Below, piece after piece: positions 49,993 through 58,711 of a stretch of DNA of 64,000 bases. Origin of the DNA: Candidatus Latescibacterota bacterium (lineage in GTDB: Bacteria; Latescibacterota; UBA2968; UBA8231); the NCBI GenBank assembly GCA_965221775.1, contig CBDCSU010000005.1, positions 384,001-448,000 of the forward strand, written 5' to 3'. The position numbers were made by a program, and so were the translations under genes. How positions within the stretch are numbered: position 1 is the first letter of the stretch; every line of letters starts with the position of its first letter. The notes under the pieces were generated by a model. The model was not told where the DNA came from. It saw only the letters and a list, made by a program, of their open reading frames with translations, and did not search any database.

Positions 49993-51512
49993 CGCCGGCT
50001 GATCCGGACGCTGGCCACGCCGATGCCGACGACGAGGAGGACGAGGATGCCGATGAGGATGACGTTGCCGGCGATGTTCGATCGCGCCCCCACGTGGATG
50101 GTCAGGTTCTTCTCCAGGGACTCCACGTTCTCGTTGCCCACCTGGCCCTGGGCCTCGACGCCGAGCTCGTAGTTGCCCACGGCGATGTCCGGCGGCGGCC
50201 GGGCGACGATGTCGAGGGGCGCGCGCTCGTCGGGCTCGAGGCGCTTGATGAGCAGGGGCGTCACCTCCTCCTGCCACTGGTAGGGCAGGTCGAGGGCGGC
50301 CTTGATGTTCTGCACCGCCACGCTGCCGCGGTTGAGGAACTCCACGCGGATGCGCAGGTCCTCGCCGGTCTGGATCTCGCGGTAGGTGTTGGAGACCAGG
50401 ACCTCGAGCTTGCCGATGCCCTTGGGGATGAGCTCGAGCTTGACGTAGTTGGCCCGCAGCCCCTGGAGTTCTTCCTCCGGCACCGGGTCGTCGCCGAAGC
50501 GCGCCCGGATGGCGTTGATGCGGGCGTACTCGCGCGGCTCGGTGACCAGGGCGAAGAACGGGCGCGCCAGGCCCACCAGGTTGCGGTCGAGCTTCTCGGG
50601 GATCTCGAGGACGAGGCCGAGGGTGTCCTTGGACTTGTTCTCGTCGAACTTCACCTGCGTGACCTTGGCGCCGGCGTTGCGGAAGGAGAAGTCGATCTTG
50701 CGCGGCAGGCCGAGGACGGCGAGGGCGAAGCTGCGCTCCTCGTCGGAGAGGCGCTCGAGGATGAGGTCGAAGCGCACGTCCTGCTGCAGCTCGCCCGACT
50801 GCGAGAACTGGGCGGAGTTGATGCTCGGCAGGTTCTCGCGCCCGCCCTTGCGCAGGGTGACGGGGATGCTCTCCAGGGTGTCGAGGTAGCCGAGGACCAC
50901 GGCCACCGCCTCCTCGTCGCGCAGGAGGCGGAAGGTCAGGGTGTGCCGCTGGCCCACGTCGAGGGCGGGGACGCGGGTCTCGTAGGGCTCGCCCACGAGG
51001 GGCCCGTTCTTGAGGGAGACGAAGATGTTCTCCACGCGCAGCAGGATCCGCAGGTCCTCCTCGGTGAGGGAGGGATCGACGACGAGGGCATCGCGCGTGT
51101 CGGAGGCGTTCTCCACGACGATGTCGACCATGCTCTTGCCGTCGGGGCTCTTGTACTTGCGGGCGTCGCGCACGACGATGTGGGTGGCGTTGCGCAGCAG
51201 CTCGAGCTTGGTCTCCTCCAGCAGGATCTCGGCCTCCTCCTTCTGCAGCCGCGCCTCGGCGTAGCTGTTCTGCGCCTGCTTGTAGGTGAGGAGGGGCACG
51301 AATCCCGAGTCGTGGAGGGCCCTTGTGAGGCGCAGCTCCTCCAGGGCCTGGTCGAGGCTGGTGCGGCGCTGCTCGAGCTGCAGCTGGCGCTCGTCGAGCT
51401 GCAGCTTGTCGAGCTGCTGCTGGCGCGTGAGGCCGGCCCCCGCGGGGGCCGCGGCGGCGTCCGCGGCGGCGGCGAGCAGAAAGCCGGCCAGAAGCGCGAA
51501 CCTCGCCCTCAT
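49989..51512 (-). CDS. Exported hairpin + Ig-like/NEW3 domain protein with C-terminal TM anchor (paralogue A)
   Basis: Same architecture as B; shared blocks ARKY..DG..VDIV.ENAS, EPYE, LP.INS.QFSQ.G, FDLILERL, L.IPEKL, ELIP.G.G.LE; terminal TM followed by RISRR. Confidence 0.75.
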   Translation of the reverse strand: MRARFALLAGFLLAAAADAAAAPAGAGLTRQQQLDKLQLDERQLQLEQRRTSLDQALEELRLTRALHDSGFVPLLTYKQAQNSYAEARLQKEEAEILLEETKLELLRNATHIVVRDARKYKSPDGKSMVDIVVENASDTRDALVVDPSLTEEDLRILLRVENIFVSLKNGPLVGEPYETRVPALDVGQRHTLTFRLLRDEEAVAVVLGYLDTLESIPVTLRKGGRENLPSINSAQFSQSGELQQDVRFDLILERLSDEERSFALAVLGLPRKIDFSFRNAGAKVTQVKFDENKSKDTLGLVLEIPEKLDRNLVGLARPFFALVTEPREYARINAIRARFGDDPVPEEELQGLRANYVKLELIPKGIGKLEVLVSNTYREIQTGEDLRIRVEFLNRGSVAVQNIKAALDLPYQWQEEVTPLLIKRLEPDERAPLDIVARPPPDIAVGNYELGVEAQGQVGNENVESLEKNLTIHVGARSNIAGNVILIGILVLLVVGIGVASVRISRR

Positions 51513-52912
51513 TCGACGTACCCCATCAGCCGCCGCAGCTCGGCCTGGCGCGAGATGTAGGTCTCCTGGTTCTGGAACAGGACCTCCTGGGCGGTGAAGA
51601 ACTGCTGGCGGAAGTTCTCCAGCACCGCCTCGTCCACCTGGCCCCCCTTCTCCTGCACCTGCTGCTTGATCTCCAGGCGGCGGCGGGCGATGACCACGCT
51701 CTTCTCCTGCAGGCGCTGGGTCTCCTCGGCCTCGAGCATCGACTGGTAGGCCTGGCGCACGCCCAGCTCCACCGAGGCCCTCAGGTCGCGCAGCTGCACC
51801 TGCAGGCCCTGCAGCCGGGCGCGCTCGAGGCCCTCGCGGCCCAGGCGGGCGCCGCCCTCGAAGATGGGGATGCGCGCCTGCACGCGGGCCGACCAGGTCG
51901 CCTCGCCCTCGTCCTCGGGCGGGTCCGCCTCGTCGAGGCTGAGGCCGGTCTCCACGCCGACGCCCCAGGTGCCGCCCTCGCGGCCGACGCTGAGGCCCGC
52001 CCGGCGGCGGCCGTCGCCGACGCCGGCGTCGGCGCTCAGGTCGGGGGCGTACTCCCAGCCGATCTCGCGCAGGACGCGCCGCTGCTCGTCGAGGAGCTGC
52101 TCGGTGACGCCGATCTCCACGTCGTGAACGAGGGCCCGGCCCACGGCCTCGTCCTGGTCGACGGCGAACGGTTCCAGCTCGCCGCCGAGGCGCAGGTCGA
52201 GGCCGATGGGGCGGCCGATGAGGCGCAGGAGCTCCATCTTGTCGCGCAGCTGCTCGCGCCGGATGCGGTTGATGCTCAGCTCCTCCTCCAGGACGTTGAG
52301 CTCGGCCTGCAGCTTCTGCTCCTCGGAGGCGAGGCGCTTCTCGAAGCGGGCCTGCTGGCGCGCGAAGGTGGCCTCGAAGTTCTGCCGCGAGGCGACGCGC
52401 AGGGCGATCTGCTGGTCCTTGAGCAGGATCAGGTGGTAGAGCTCCCAGACGCGGGAGCTGACCTCGTAGACCTTGTCCTGGTAGTCGAAGACGGCCTTGC
52501 GCAGATCGGCGCGCAGCTGGATCTCGGAAGCGGCGTCGGGGCCGAACTCGAAGAGGCGCTGCTGGAGCAGCAGCTCGCTGGCCAGCTGGTCGCGGGTGGT
52601 GGCGTCGCCCTCGGCGCGCAGGGCGTCGTAGCCGGCGGTGAGGCTCACCCGCGGCATCAGGCGGGAGCGGACGACGACGGCGTCGCTCTCGACCTCCTCG
52701 ATGCGCTTGCGGGCGCCGATCAGCTCGCGGTTGTGGGAGAAGGCCGCGGCGAGGCAGTCGGCCAGGCCGAGGGGCGCCGCCCGGGCGGCGGAGTCGGGCA
52801 CCGCCGGAGGCCCCTCCGCGACGGCGGGACCGAGGGCCGCGGCCACTCCCGCGATGACAACCGCCGTCCGCAGGTGGAGGGCCCGGGACGGCGAAAAGGT
52901 GAGCAAAATCAA
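51509..52912 (-). CDS. TolC family outer membrane efflux protein
   Basis: LADCLAAAFSHN, MPRVSL, QRLFEFG, second repeat APDLS...IPIFEGG, VRQAY, LRRLMG. Start (TTG ~52906-52912) uncertain. Confidence 0.82.
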   Translation of the reverse strand: MILLTFSPSRALHLRTAVVIAGVAAALGPAVAEGPPAVPDSAARAAPLGLADCLAAAFSHNRELIGARKRIEEVESDAVVVRSRLMPRVSLTAGYDALRAEGDATTRDQLASELLLQQRLFEFGPDAASEIQLRADLRKAVFDYQDKVYEVSSRVWELYHLILLKDQQIALRVASRQNFEATFARQQARFEKRLASEEQKLQAELNVLEEELSINRIRREQLRDKMELLRLIGRPIGLDLRLGGELEPFAVDQDEAVGRALVHDVEIGVTEQLLDEQRRVLREIGWEYAPDLSADAGVGDGRRRAGLSVGREGGTWGVGVETGLSLDEADPPEDEGEATWSARVQARIPIFEGGARLGREGLERARLQGLQVQLRDLRASVELGVRQAYQSMLEAEETQRLQEKSVVIARRRLEIKQQVQEKGGQVDEAVLENFRQQFFTAQEVLFQNQETYISRQAELRRLMGYVE

Positions 52913-52943
52913 TAGGTTCCGTAGGGTCTGGCAGATCGCGCTT

Positions 52944-52972
52944 ATCCTACTGGTGAAGGTGGACCATGTCAA
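52944..52972 (-). promoter_or_regulatory. sigma70 promoter of the tolC operon
   Basis: Minus strand TTGACA-N17-TAGGAT. Confidence 0.65.
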
Positions 52973-53006
52973 GATGGGGTTGCGCGCAAGCCATTGCTTG
53001 ACATGG
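52964..53006. repeat. Imperfect palindrome containing two back-to-back TTGACA boxes
   Basis: CCATGTCAAG-N23-CTTGACATGG with central TTGCGCGCAA. Confidence 0.8.
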
Positions 53007-53032
53007 GTCACGTACCCCCCGCACGTTACCTC

Positions 53033-53058
53033 TGTGGACCGCGGGTGTGGACCGCGGG
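53033..53058. repeat. 13-bp tandem direct repeat
   Basis: TGTGGACCGCGGG x2, upstream of the ABC ATPase. Confidence 0.85.
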
Positions 53059-53080
53059 CGACTTTCCCGGAGAGAGGCGA

Positions 53081-53803
53081 ATGCTCGAGATCATCGACAT
53101 GACCAAGCACTACGGCGACGTGCACGCCGTGAACGACCTCACCCTGACCATCGAGCCGGGCGAGATCTTCACCATGCTCGGCGCCAACGGCGCCGGCAAG
53201 ACGACCACCCTCATGGTGGCCCTCGGGTTCACCGAGCCGACGGCCGGGACGGTGAAGATCTGCGGCGTCGACGTCACGCGCGACCCGCTCGAGGCCAAGC
53301 GCCACGTGGCCTACGTGTCGGAGAACGTCATGCTCTACGGCAACTTCACGGCCCGCCAGAACCTCGAGTTCTTCACCAAGCTCGGGGGCCGCAAGCAGGT
53401 GGAGGCCTCGGAGTACGACCAGGTCATGGACCGCGTCGGCCTGCAGCGCGACGCCTTCGACCGGCGGGTGAAGGGGTTCTCCAAGGGCATGCGCCAGAAG
53501 CTCGGCATCGCCATCGCCATCATGAAGAACGCCGAGGTGATCCTCCTCGACGAGCCCACCTCGGGACTGGACCCCAAGTCGGGCGCCGAGTTCCTGCAGC
53601 TGCTGGCCGAGCTGCGCGAGGAGAACAAGGCGATCTGGATGACGACCCACGACATCTTCCGGGCCAAGCAGATCGCCGACCGCGTGGGCATCATGGTCGA
53701 GGGCAACCTGGTGAAGATCTTCACCCGCGACGAGCTCGGGCAGGAGGACCTGGAGTCGATCTACGTCGAGTTCGTGAGCCAACCCGCCGAGCAGGCGGCC
53801 TGA
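53081..53803 (+). CDS. ABC transporter ATP-binding protein
   Basis: GANGAGKTT, FSKGMRQK, LDEPTSGLD, TTHD. Confidence 0.92.
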   Translation: MLEIIDMTKHYGDVHAVNDLTLTIEPGEIFTMLGANGAGKTTTLMVALGFTEPTAGTVKICGVDVTRDPLEAKRHVAYVSENVMLYGNFTARQNLEFFTKLGGRKQVEASEYDQVMDRVGLQRDAFDRRVKGFSKGMRQKLGIAIAIMKNAEVILLDEPTSGLDPKSGAEFLQLLAELREENKAIWMTTHDIFRAKQIADRVGIMVEGNLVKIFTRDELGQEDLESIYVEFVSQPAEQAA

Positions 53804-53909
53804 CGGCCGTCGACGCCACCGGCCGCCGGCCCCGACCCGCCTTGCGCCCCCGCCCCCGCATGTCCCCGGTCCGCGGCGCCCCCGGGGCCGCGCTTCCATC
53901 GAGGCTTCC

Positions 53910-55295
53910 ATGCTCCTGCGACTGATCCGCAAGGAAGTCCTGCACAACATCCTGAGCTTCCGCTTCGCCGTCACCTACGGCCTGCTCTTCGTCCTCGTCC
54001 TGCTCGCCGTCTTCCTCATGGGCAACGAGCACCGTCAGCGCATGGAGACCTATACCCGGCAGGAGTCCCAGGCCCGCGACCGCCTGGAGGAGCTGGCCGG
54101 GATGCAGGACGCCACCGAGCAGTTCCGGCAGATCCAGCGCGAGGACTTCGCGGGGGTACGTCAGCCGGGGGCGCTGGCCGTCCTCGCCCGCGGTCTCGAG
54201 GGCAGCCTGCCGGCGCAGATCTCCTCCGGCGGCTGGTTCACCACGCACAGCTCCGAGGACCGCCTGGGGCGCAACATCCTCCTCGAGATCTTCCAGGCGC
54301 CCGACTTCGCCTACGTGGTCAACATGGTCCTGAGCCTGCTGGCCCTGCTCTTCGTCTTCGACTCCGTCTGCGGCGAGAAGGAGCGGGGCACCCTCAAGCT
54401 CCTGCTGTCGGGCTCGGTCCCCCGGGACACGGTGCTGCTGGGCAAGTGGGTGGGCGGCTACCTCTCCATCGCCGGGCCCTTCGCCGCCGCCGCCGCCGCC
54501 GGCTTCCTCTACCTCTCCCTCTCCGGCTCCCTGCCGCTCGAGACGGAGGTCGTCTCCCGTTTCGCCGCGATCCTCGCCGTCTCCTTCCTCTATATATCCG
54601 CCTGCTTCAGTCTCGGTCTGCTGATCTCCACCCTCGCCCACCGCGGCGCCACGGCCCTGCTCATGGCGCTGCTGGTGTGGATCGGCTGGATCCTGGTGGT
54701 GCCCAACCTGGCGCCTGTCGTGGCCCGCCTGGCGGCGCCGGTGCCGTCGCGCCAGGTGATCGACGCCGAACAGCAGGCCATCGACCGCGAGGCGGAACTG
54801 CTGATGGGGGCCATCCGCAAGAGCAAGGTCTACGGCGACCGGCAGCAGATGGAGCGCATCCAGGAGGAGACGGAGCAGCGCAAGCGCAAGCTCGACGGCT
54901 TCTACAAGGACCGCATGTCGCGCCAGACCTCCCTGAGCCAGAACCTGGCGCGCCTGTCGCCCTCGGCCAGCTATCTCCTCGCCGCCACCCGCCTCGCCGG
55001 CACCGGCCCCGACCTCTTCGCCCACTTCTCCGACGCTGTCGAGCGCTTCCACGGCGCCCACGACGACTTCCGCAGCCAGATGTACGGCAACGTCTCCTGG
55101 ACGCGGGGGCCCGATCCGGACATCCAGGACGAGGACTGGTTCGACCCCGACGACGTGCCCCGGCTGTCCATGTTCTCCGAGAGTCTCTCCGAGGCCTTCG
55201 ACGGGGCCCTCTTCGACATCCTGCTGCTGGTCGTCTTCAACGTGCTGTTCTTCCTGCTGTCGTACGTCTTCTTCCTCCGATACGACGTCACCTGA
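53910..55295 (+). CDS. ABC-2 type permease with large periplasmic loops
   Basis: IRKE..SFRF, GEKERGTLKLLL, VLLGKW, ARLSP, FLRYDV. Confidence 0.85.
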   Translation: MLLRLIRKEVLHNILSFRFAVTYGLLFVLVLLAVFLMGNEHRQRMETYTRQESQARDRLEELAGMQDATEQFRQIQREDFAGVRQPGALAVLARGLEGSLPAQISSGGWFTTHSSEDRLGRNILLEIFQAPDFAYVVNMVLSLLALLFVFDSVCGEKERGTLKLLLSGSVPRDTVLLGKWVGGYLSIAGPFAAAAAAGFLYLSLSGSLPLETEVVSRFAAILAVSFLYISACFSLGLLISTLAHRGATALLMALLVWIGWILVVPNLAPVVARLAAPVPSRQVIDAEQQAIDREAELLMGAIRKSKVYGDRQQMERIQEETEQRKRKLDGFYKDRMSRQTSLSQNLARLSPSASYLLAATRLAGTGPDLFAHFSDAVERFHGAHDDFRSQMYGNVSWTRGPDPDIQDEDWFDPDDVPRLSMFSESLSEAFDGALFDILLLVVFNVLFFLLSYVFFLRYDVT

Positions 55296-55315
55296 GCCGT
55301 TCCGGGAGAACGCCC

Positions 55316-56749
55316 GTGCTGCTGCACATCGTCCGCAAGGAACTCCTCGACCAGCTGCTGTCCCTGCGCTTCGCCATCGCCTGCGGCGTCTGCCTCATCG
55401 TCTTCGTCCTCAGCGCCGTGGTGCTCACGCGGGACTACCGCGAGGGCCTGTCGACGTACAACATGAACCGCGTCATGCACCGCAACGAGCTGCAGCAGCG
55501 CGACCAGATCTGGAGCCTGAACGAGGGAGTCACCGTCGACCGGCCCCTGAACCTCATGAACACGCTGGTGCGCGGCCTGTCGAAAGAGCTGACCGAGAGC
55601 GTCCGCGTGCAGCCCGGGAACCGCCTCGACTTCCCCGAGGGCTGGGAGCAGAACCCGGTGCTTCCCCTGTTCCCGCCGGTGGACTTCGTCTTCATCGTCG
55701 GCATCATCATGAGCCTCCTGGCCCTGGCCTTCGCCTACGACGGGGTCTCGGGCGAGGCCGAGACCGGCGTCCTCAAGCTGCTCATGTCGTACAGCGCGCC
55801 CCGCGACCTGGTGCTCCTCGGCAAGTGGCTCGGCGGCTACCTGGCCCTCATCGCGCCCTTCACCGTCTCCTTCGTCCTCGCCCTGCTCGTGGTTCTGCTG
55901 TTCCCCGACGTGCAGCCCGATACCGAGAGCTCGCTGGCCCTGCTCGCCCTCTACGGCCTCGCCCTGCTCTACCTGGGCGCCGTGTACAGCCTGGGCCTGC
56001 TCGTCTCCTGCCGCACCCGGCTGGCCTCGACCTCGATCACCGTCCTCCTGCTGTTGTGGGTCTCCCTGATCCTGGCGGTGCCGAACATGGCGCCGTACGT
56101 GGTCAGCCAGGTGGTGCCGATCCCCTCCGCCGAGGAGGTGGACCGCGAGAAGCAGGCCCTGCAGAGGGAGCAGCAGCAGCGGTTCCAGGAGATCATCGCC
56201 GAGGAGCAGGAGCGGCTCGGCCGCGACAACGTGTGGGGCGACGAGTCGGTGCAGGAGCGGTTCCGGGTGGCGGCGGAGGAGTCCCAGGCGGAGATACAGA
56301 AGATCGAGGACAGTTTCCGCACCCAGGTGGCGGGGCAGACGCGGCTCTCCGGCATTCTCGCCCGCATGTCTCCCCTGACCTCCTTCAACCTCGCCGCCTT
56401 CGACCTGGCCGCCGCCGGCATCGCCCAGGAGGAGGAGTGGGTGGCGAGCCTGGAGGCCTTCGGCGACACCTGGTCGGCGTACTCGGAGGAGAAGCAGCGC
56501 GCCTACAGGGAGTGGATCCATGAGCAGATGGCCGCCTCCCCCAGCGGCGGCGTGACCATCACGTCGCAGGACATGGAGCGGTTCAACCAGGACCTGGATC
56601 TGTCCGACGCGCCGCGGTTCAGCTTCTCCCACATGGGCGTTTCCGACCGCCTCGCCGCGGTCTACGTCGACCTGGCCTTGCTGGCCCTGTGGAACGTCGC
56701 CTTCTTCATGCTCGCCTACCTTTCCTTCCTGCGCTACGACATCAACTGA
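55316..56749 (+). CDS. ABC-2 type permease with large periplasmic loops (paralogue)
   Basis: VRKE..SLRF, GEAETGVLKLLM, VLLGKW, ARMSP, FLRYDI. GTG start with GGGAG RBS. Confidence 0.85.
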   Translation: MLLHIVRKELLDQLLSLRFAIACGVCLIVFVLSAVVLTRDYREGLSTYNMNRVMHRNELQQRDQIWSLNEGVTVDRPLNLMNTLVRGLSKELTESVRVQPGNRLDFPEGWEQNPVLPLFPPVDFVFIVGIIMSLLALAFAYDGVSGEAETGVLKLLMSYSAPRDLVLLGKWLGGYLALIAPFTVSFVLALLVVLLFPDVQPDTESSLALLALYGLALLYLGAVYSLGLLVSCRTRLASTSITVLLLLWVSLILAVPNMAPYVVSQVVPIPSAEEVDREKQALQREQQQRFQEIIAEEQERLGRDNVWGDESVQERFRVAAEESQAEIQKIEDSFRTQVAGQTRLSGILARMSPLTSFNLAAFDLAAAGIAQEEEWVASLEAFGDTWSAYSEEKQRAYREWIHEQMAASPSGGVTITSQDMERFNQDLDLSDAPRFSFSHMGVSDRLAAVYVDLALLALWNVAFFMLAYLSFLRYDIN

Positions 56750-56797
56750 CGCTGGCCCAACCCGGGCGACCGGGCCGATCGGGCCACAGGAGATTCC

Positions 56798-57727
56798 ATG
56801 GCCCATCACGAGTTCGTCCCCGGCCACTACCACAACACCCTCGGCTGGCACGAGCCGGTCCTGGAGGTCGCCCCGGGGGACTCGGTCTCGACGACCACCG
56901 TCGACGCCCGCGGCCGGGACCGCGACGGCGAGCAGGTGGCGGTCCGGGGCAATCCCCAGACCGGTCCCTTCCACGTCACCGGCGCCGAGCCCGGAGACGC
57001 CCTGGCGGTCACCCTCGACCTGGTGCGGCCGAACCGGCCCTGGGGCTTCACCGCCACCGCCGTGGCGCCCAACGTGCTCGACCCCGGGTTCCGGCCGCGC
57101 TTCGACGACGAGATCGAGGTCACCCGCTGGGCGGTGGACGCCGACGCCGGCACCGTCCGCCTCAGCGAGCCCGAGGGGCCCCTGTCGCGGCTCTCCCTGC
57201 CCCTGGACCCCATGGTCGGGTGCTTCGGCGTGGCCCCCGAGAGGGGCCAGGCGATCTCCACGGCCACCTCCCACCGCCACGGCGGCAACATGGACTACCG
57301 GGGGTTCCGCCAGGGGGTGACCGTCTGGTTCCCCGTCTTCGCGCCGGGGGCCCTGTTCCACATCGGCGACGGCCACGCCGTGCAGGGCGACGGCGAGATC
57401 GTCGGCACCGGGGTGGAGATCTCCTTCGACGTGCGCTTCACGCTGGACCTGGTGAAGGGCTCGTCCATCGGCTGGCCCCGGGCCGAGGACGACACCTGGC
57501 TGATGACGGCGGGCAACGCCCGGCCCCTGGACCAGTGCGTGCAGCACGCCACCACCGAGATGCTGCGCTGGCTGGAGACCGACCACGGCCTCGACGCCCG
57601 CACCGCCCACCTGCTCCTCGGCCAGGCGGTCGCCTACGACGTGGGCAACATCTACGACCCGGCGTACACCATGATCTGCAAGGTGAAGAAGAGCCACCTG
57701 AAGGCGATCCGCGGGGAGGCCGGATGA
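56798..57727 (+). CDS. Acetamidase/formamidase family protein
   Basis: NPQTGPF...GAEPGD, HGGNMD, GDGHAVQGDGE...GVE. Confidence 0.9.
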   Translation: MAHHEFVPGHYHNTLGWHEPVLEVAPGDSVSTTTVDARGRDRDGEQVAVRGNPQTGPFHVTGAEPGDALAVTLDLVRPNRPWGFTATAVAPNVLDPGFRPRFDDEIEVTRWAVDADAGTVRLSEPEGPLSRLSLPLDPMVGCFGVAPERGQAISTATSHRHGGNMDYRGFRQGVTVWFPVFAPGALFHIGDGHAVQGDGEIVGTGVEISFDVRFTLDLVKGSSIGWPRAEDDTWLMTAGNARPLDQCVQHATTEMLRWLETDHGLDARTAHLLLGQAVAYDVGNIYDPAYTMICKVKKSHLKAIRGEAG

Positions 57728-58638
57728 GCAGCCCTCTCGTCGTCACCTGCATCTCCTACGCCCCCGTGGGCGGTTCCGACGAGGAGGTGGTGGAGCGGAC
57801 CCACGAGGACCTCAAGGGGCTGGTGGGCCGCGCCGCCGGGGCCACCGGGGCCGACCTGATCGTGCTGCCCGAGACGATCTGCCGGACCTTCGACGAGGAG
57901 GTGCCCGAGGGCCCCACGACGCGGCTGCTGGCCGGCCTGGCGCGGGAGCACGGCTGCTACGTCACCGTGCCCGTGCACCAGAAGGAACCCGCCACCGGCG
58001 CCGTGTACAACGTCCTCGGCCTCCTCGACCGCCAGGGGGAGCTGGCCGGCATCTACCGCAAGTACATCCCCGTGTACCCGGAGTTCGACCACGGCACCCG
58101 CCCCGGCCCCGGGGCGCACCTGATCGACACCGAGTTCGGACCCGTGGGCGGCGTCATCTGCTTCGACCTGAACTTCGGCGAGCTGCGGGCCGAGTACAAG
58201 AAGCTCAAGCCGCGGCTGCTGCTCTTCAGCTCCATGTACCACGGCGGCCTGGTGCAGAACTTCTGGGCCCTCGACGTGCAGGCCTTCTTCGCCGGCTCCG
58301 TGTACCGGGGCACGCAGTGCACGATCATCGACCCCCAGGGGACCACCCTGGCCCGGAGCAACAACTACCAGCCCTGGGCCTCGGCGCCGATCAACCTCGA
58401 CTACGAGTTGGTGCACCTCGACCGCAACCAGGGCCGCTACGACGAGATCCACCGCAAGTACGGCGACGGCGTGCGCATCGTCACCGCCGGCGAGGTGGGC
58501 ACCTCGGTGATCTACAGCGAGTCGGCCGCGCGCACCGCCGCCGACATCGTCGAGGAGTTCGAGCTGATCCGGCTCGACGACTACTTCGACTGGTCGCGCA
58601 AGCTGCGGACGGAGCAGCTGGAGAAGGCCCCGGCCTGA
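57724..58638 (+). CDS. Carbon-nitrogen hydrolase (nitrilase superfamily)
   Basis: E-K-C triad: VLPE, YRK, ICFD. ATGA overlap. Confidence 0.88.
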   Translation: MSSPLVVTCISYAPVGGSDEEVVERTHEDLKGLVGRAAGATGADLIVLPETICRTFDEEVPEGPTTRLLAGLAREHGCYVTVPVHQKEPATGAVYNVLGLLDRQGELAGIYRKYIPVYPEFDHGTRPGPGAHLIDTEFGPVGGVICFDLNFGELRAEYKKLKPRLLLFSSMYHGGLVQNFWALDVQAFFAGSVYRGTQCTIIDPQGTTLARSNNYQPWASAPINLDYELVHLDRNQGRYDEIHRKYGDGVRIVTAGEVGTSVIYSESAARTAADIVEEFELIRLDDYFDWSRKLRTEQLEKAPA

Positions 58639-58711
58639 GCCGCTGGACGGACCTCGCTCCGGGCGGGTTATTGTTCTTCATCCATCGTCTCACTGCGCCG
58701 AGGGAGCCCGG

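Noticed and set aside
53033-53058. CRISPR-like repeat
   Set aside because: Only two adjacent 13-bp copies, no spacer and no cas genes.
52913-53974. Long N-terminal extension of TolC (821-aa ORF)
   Set aside because: It is antisense to the ABC ATPase and crosses the promoter at 52944-52972.
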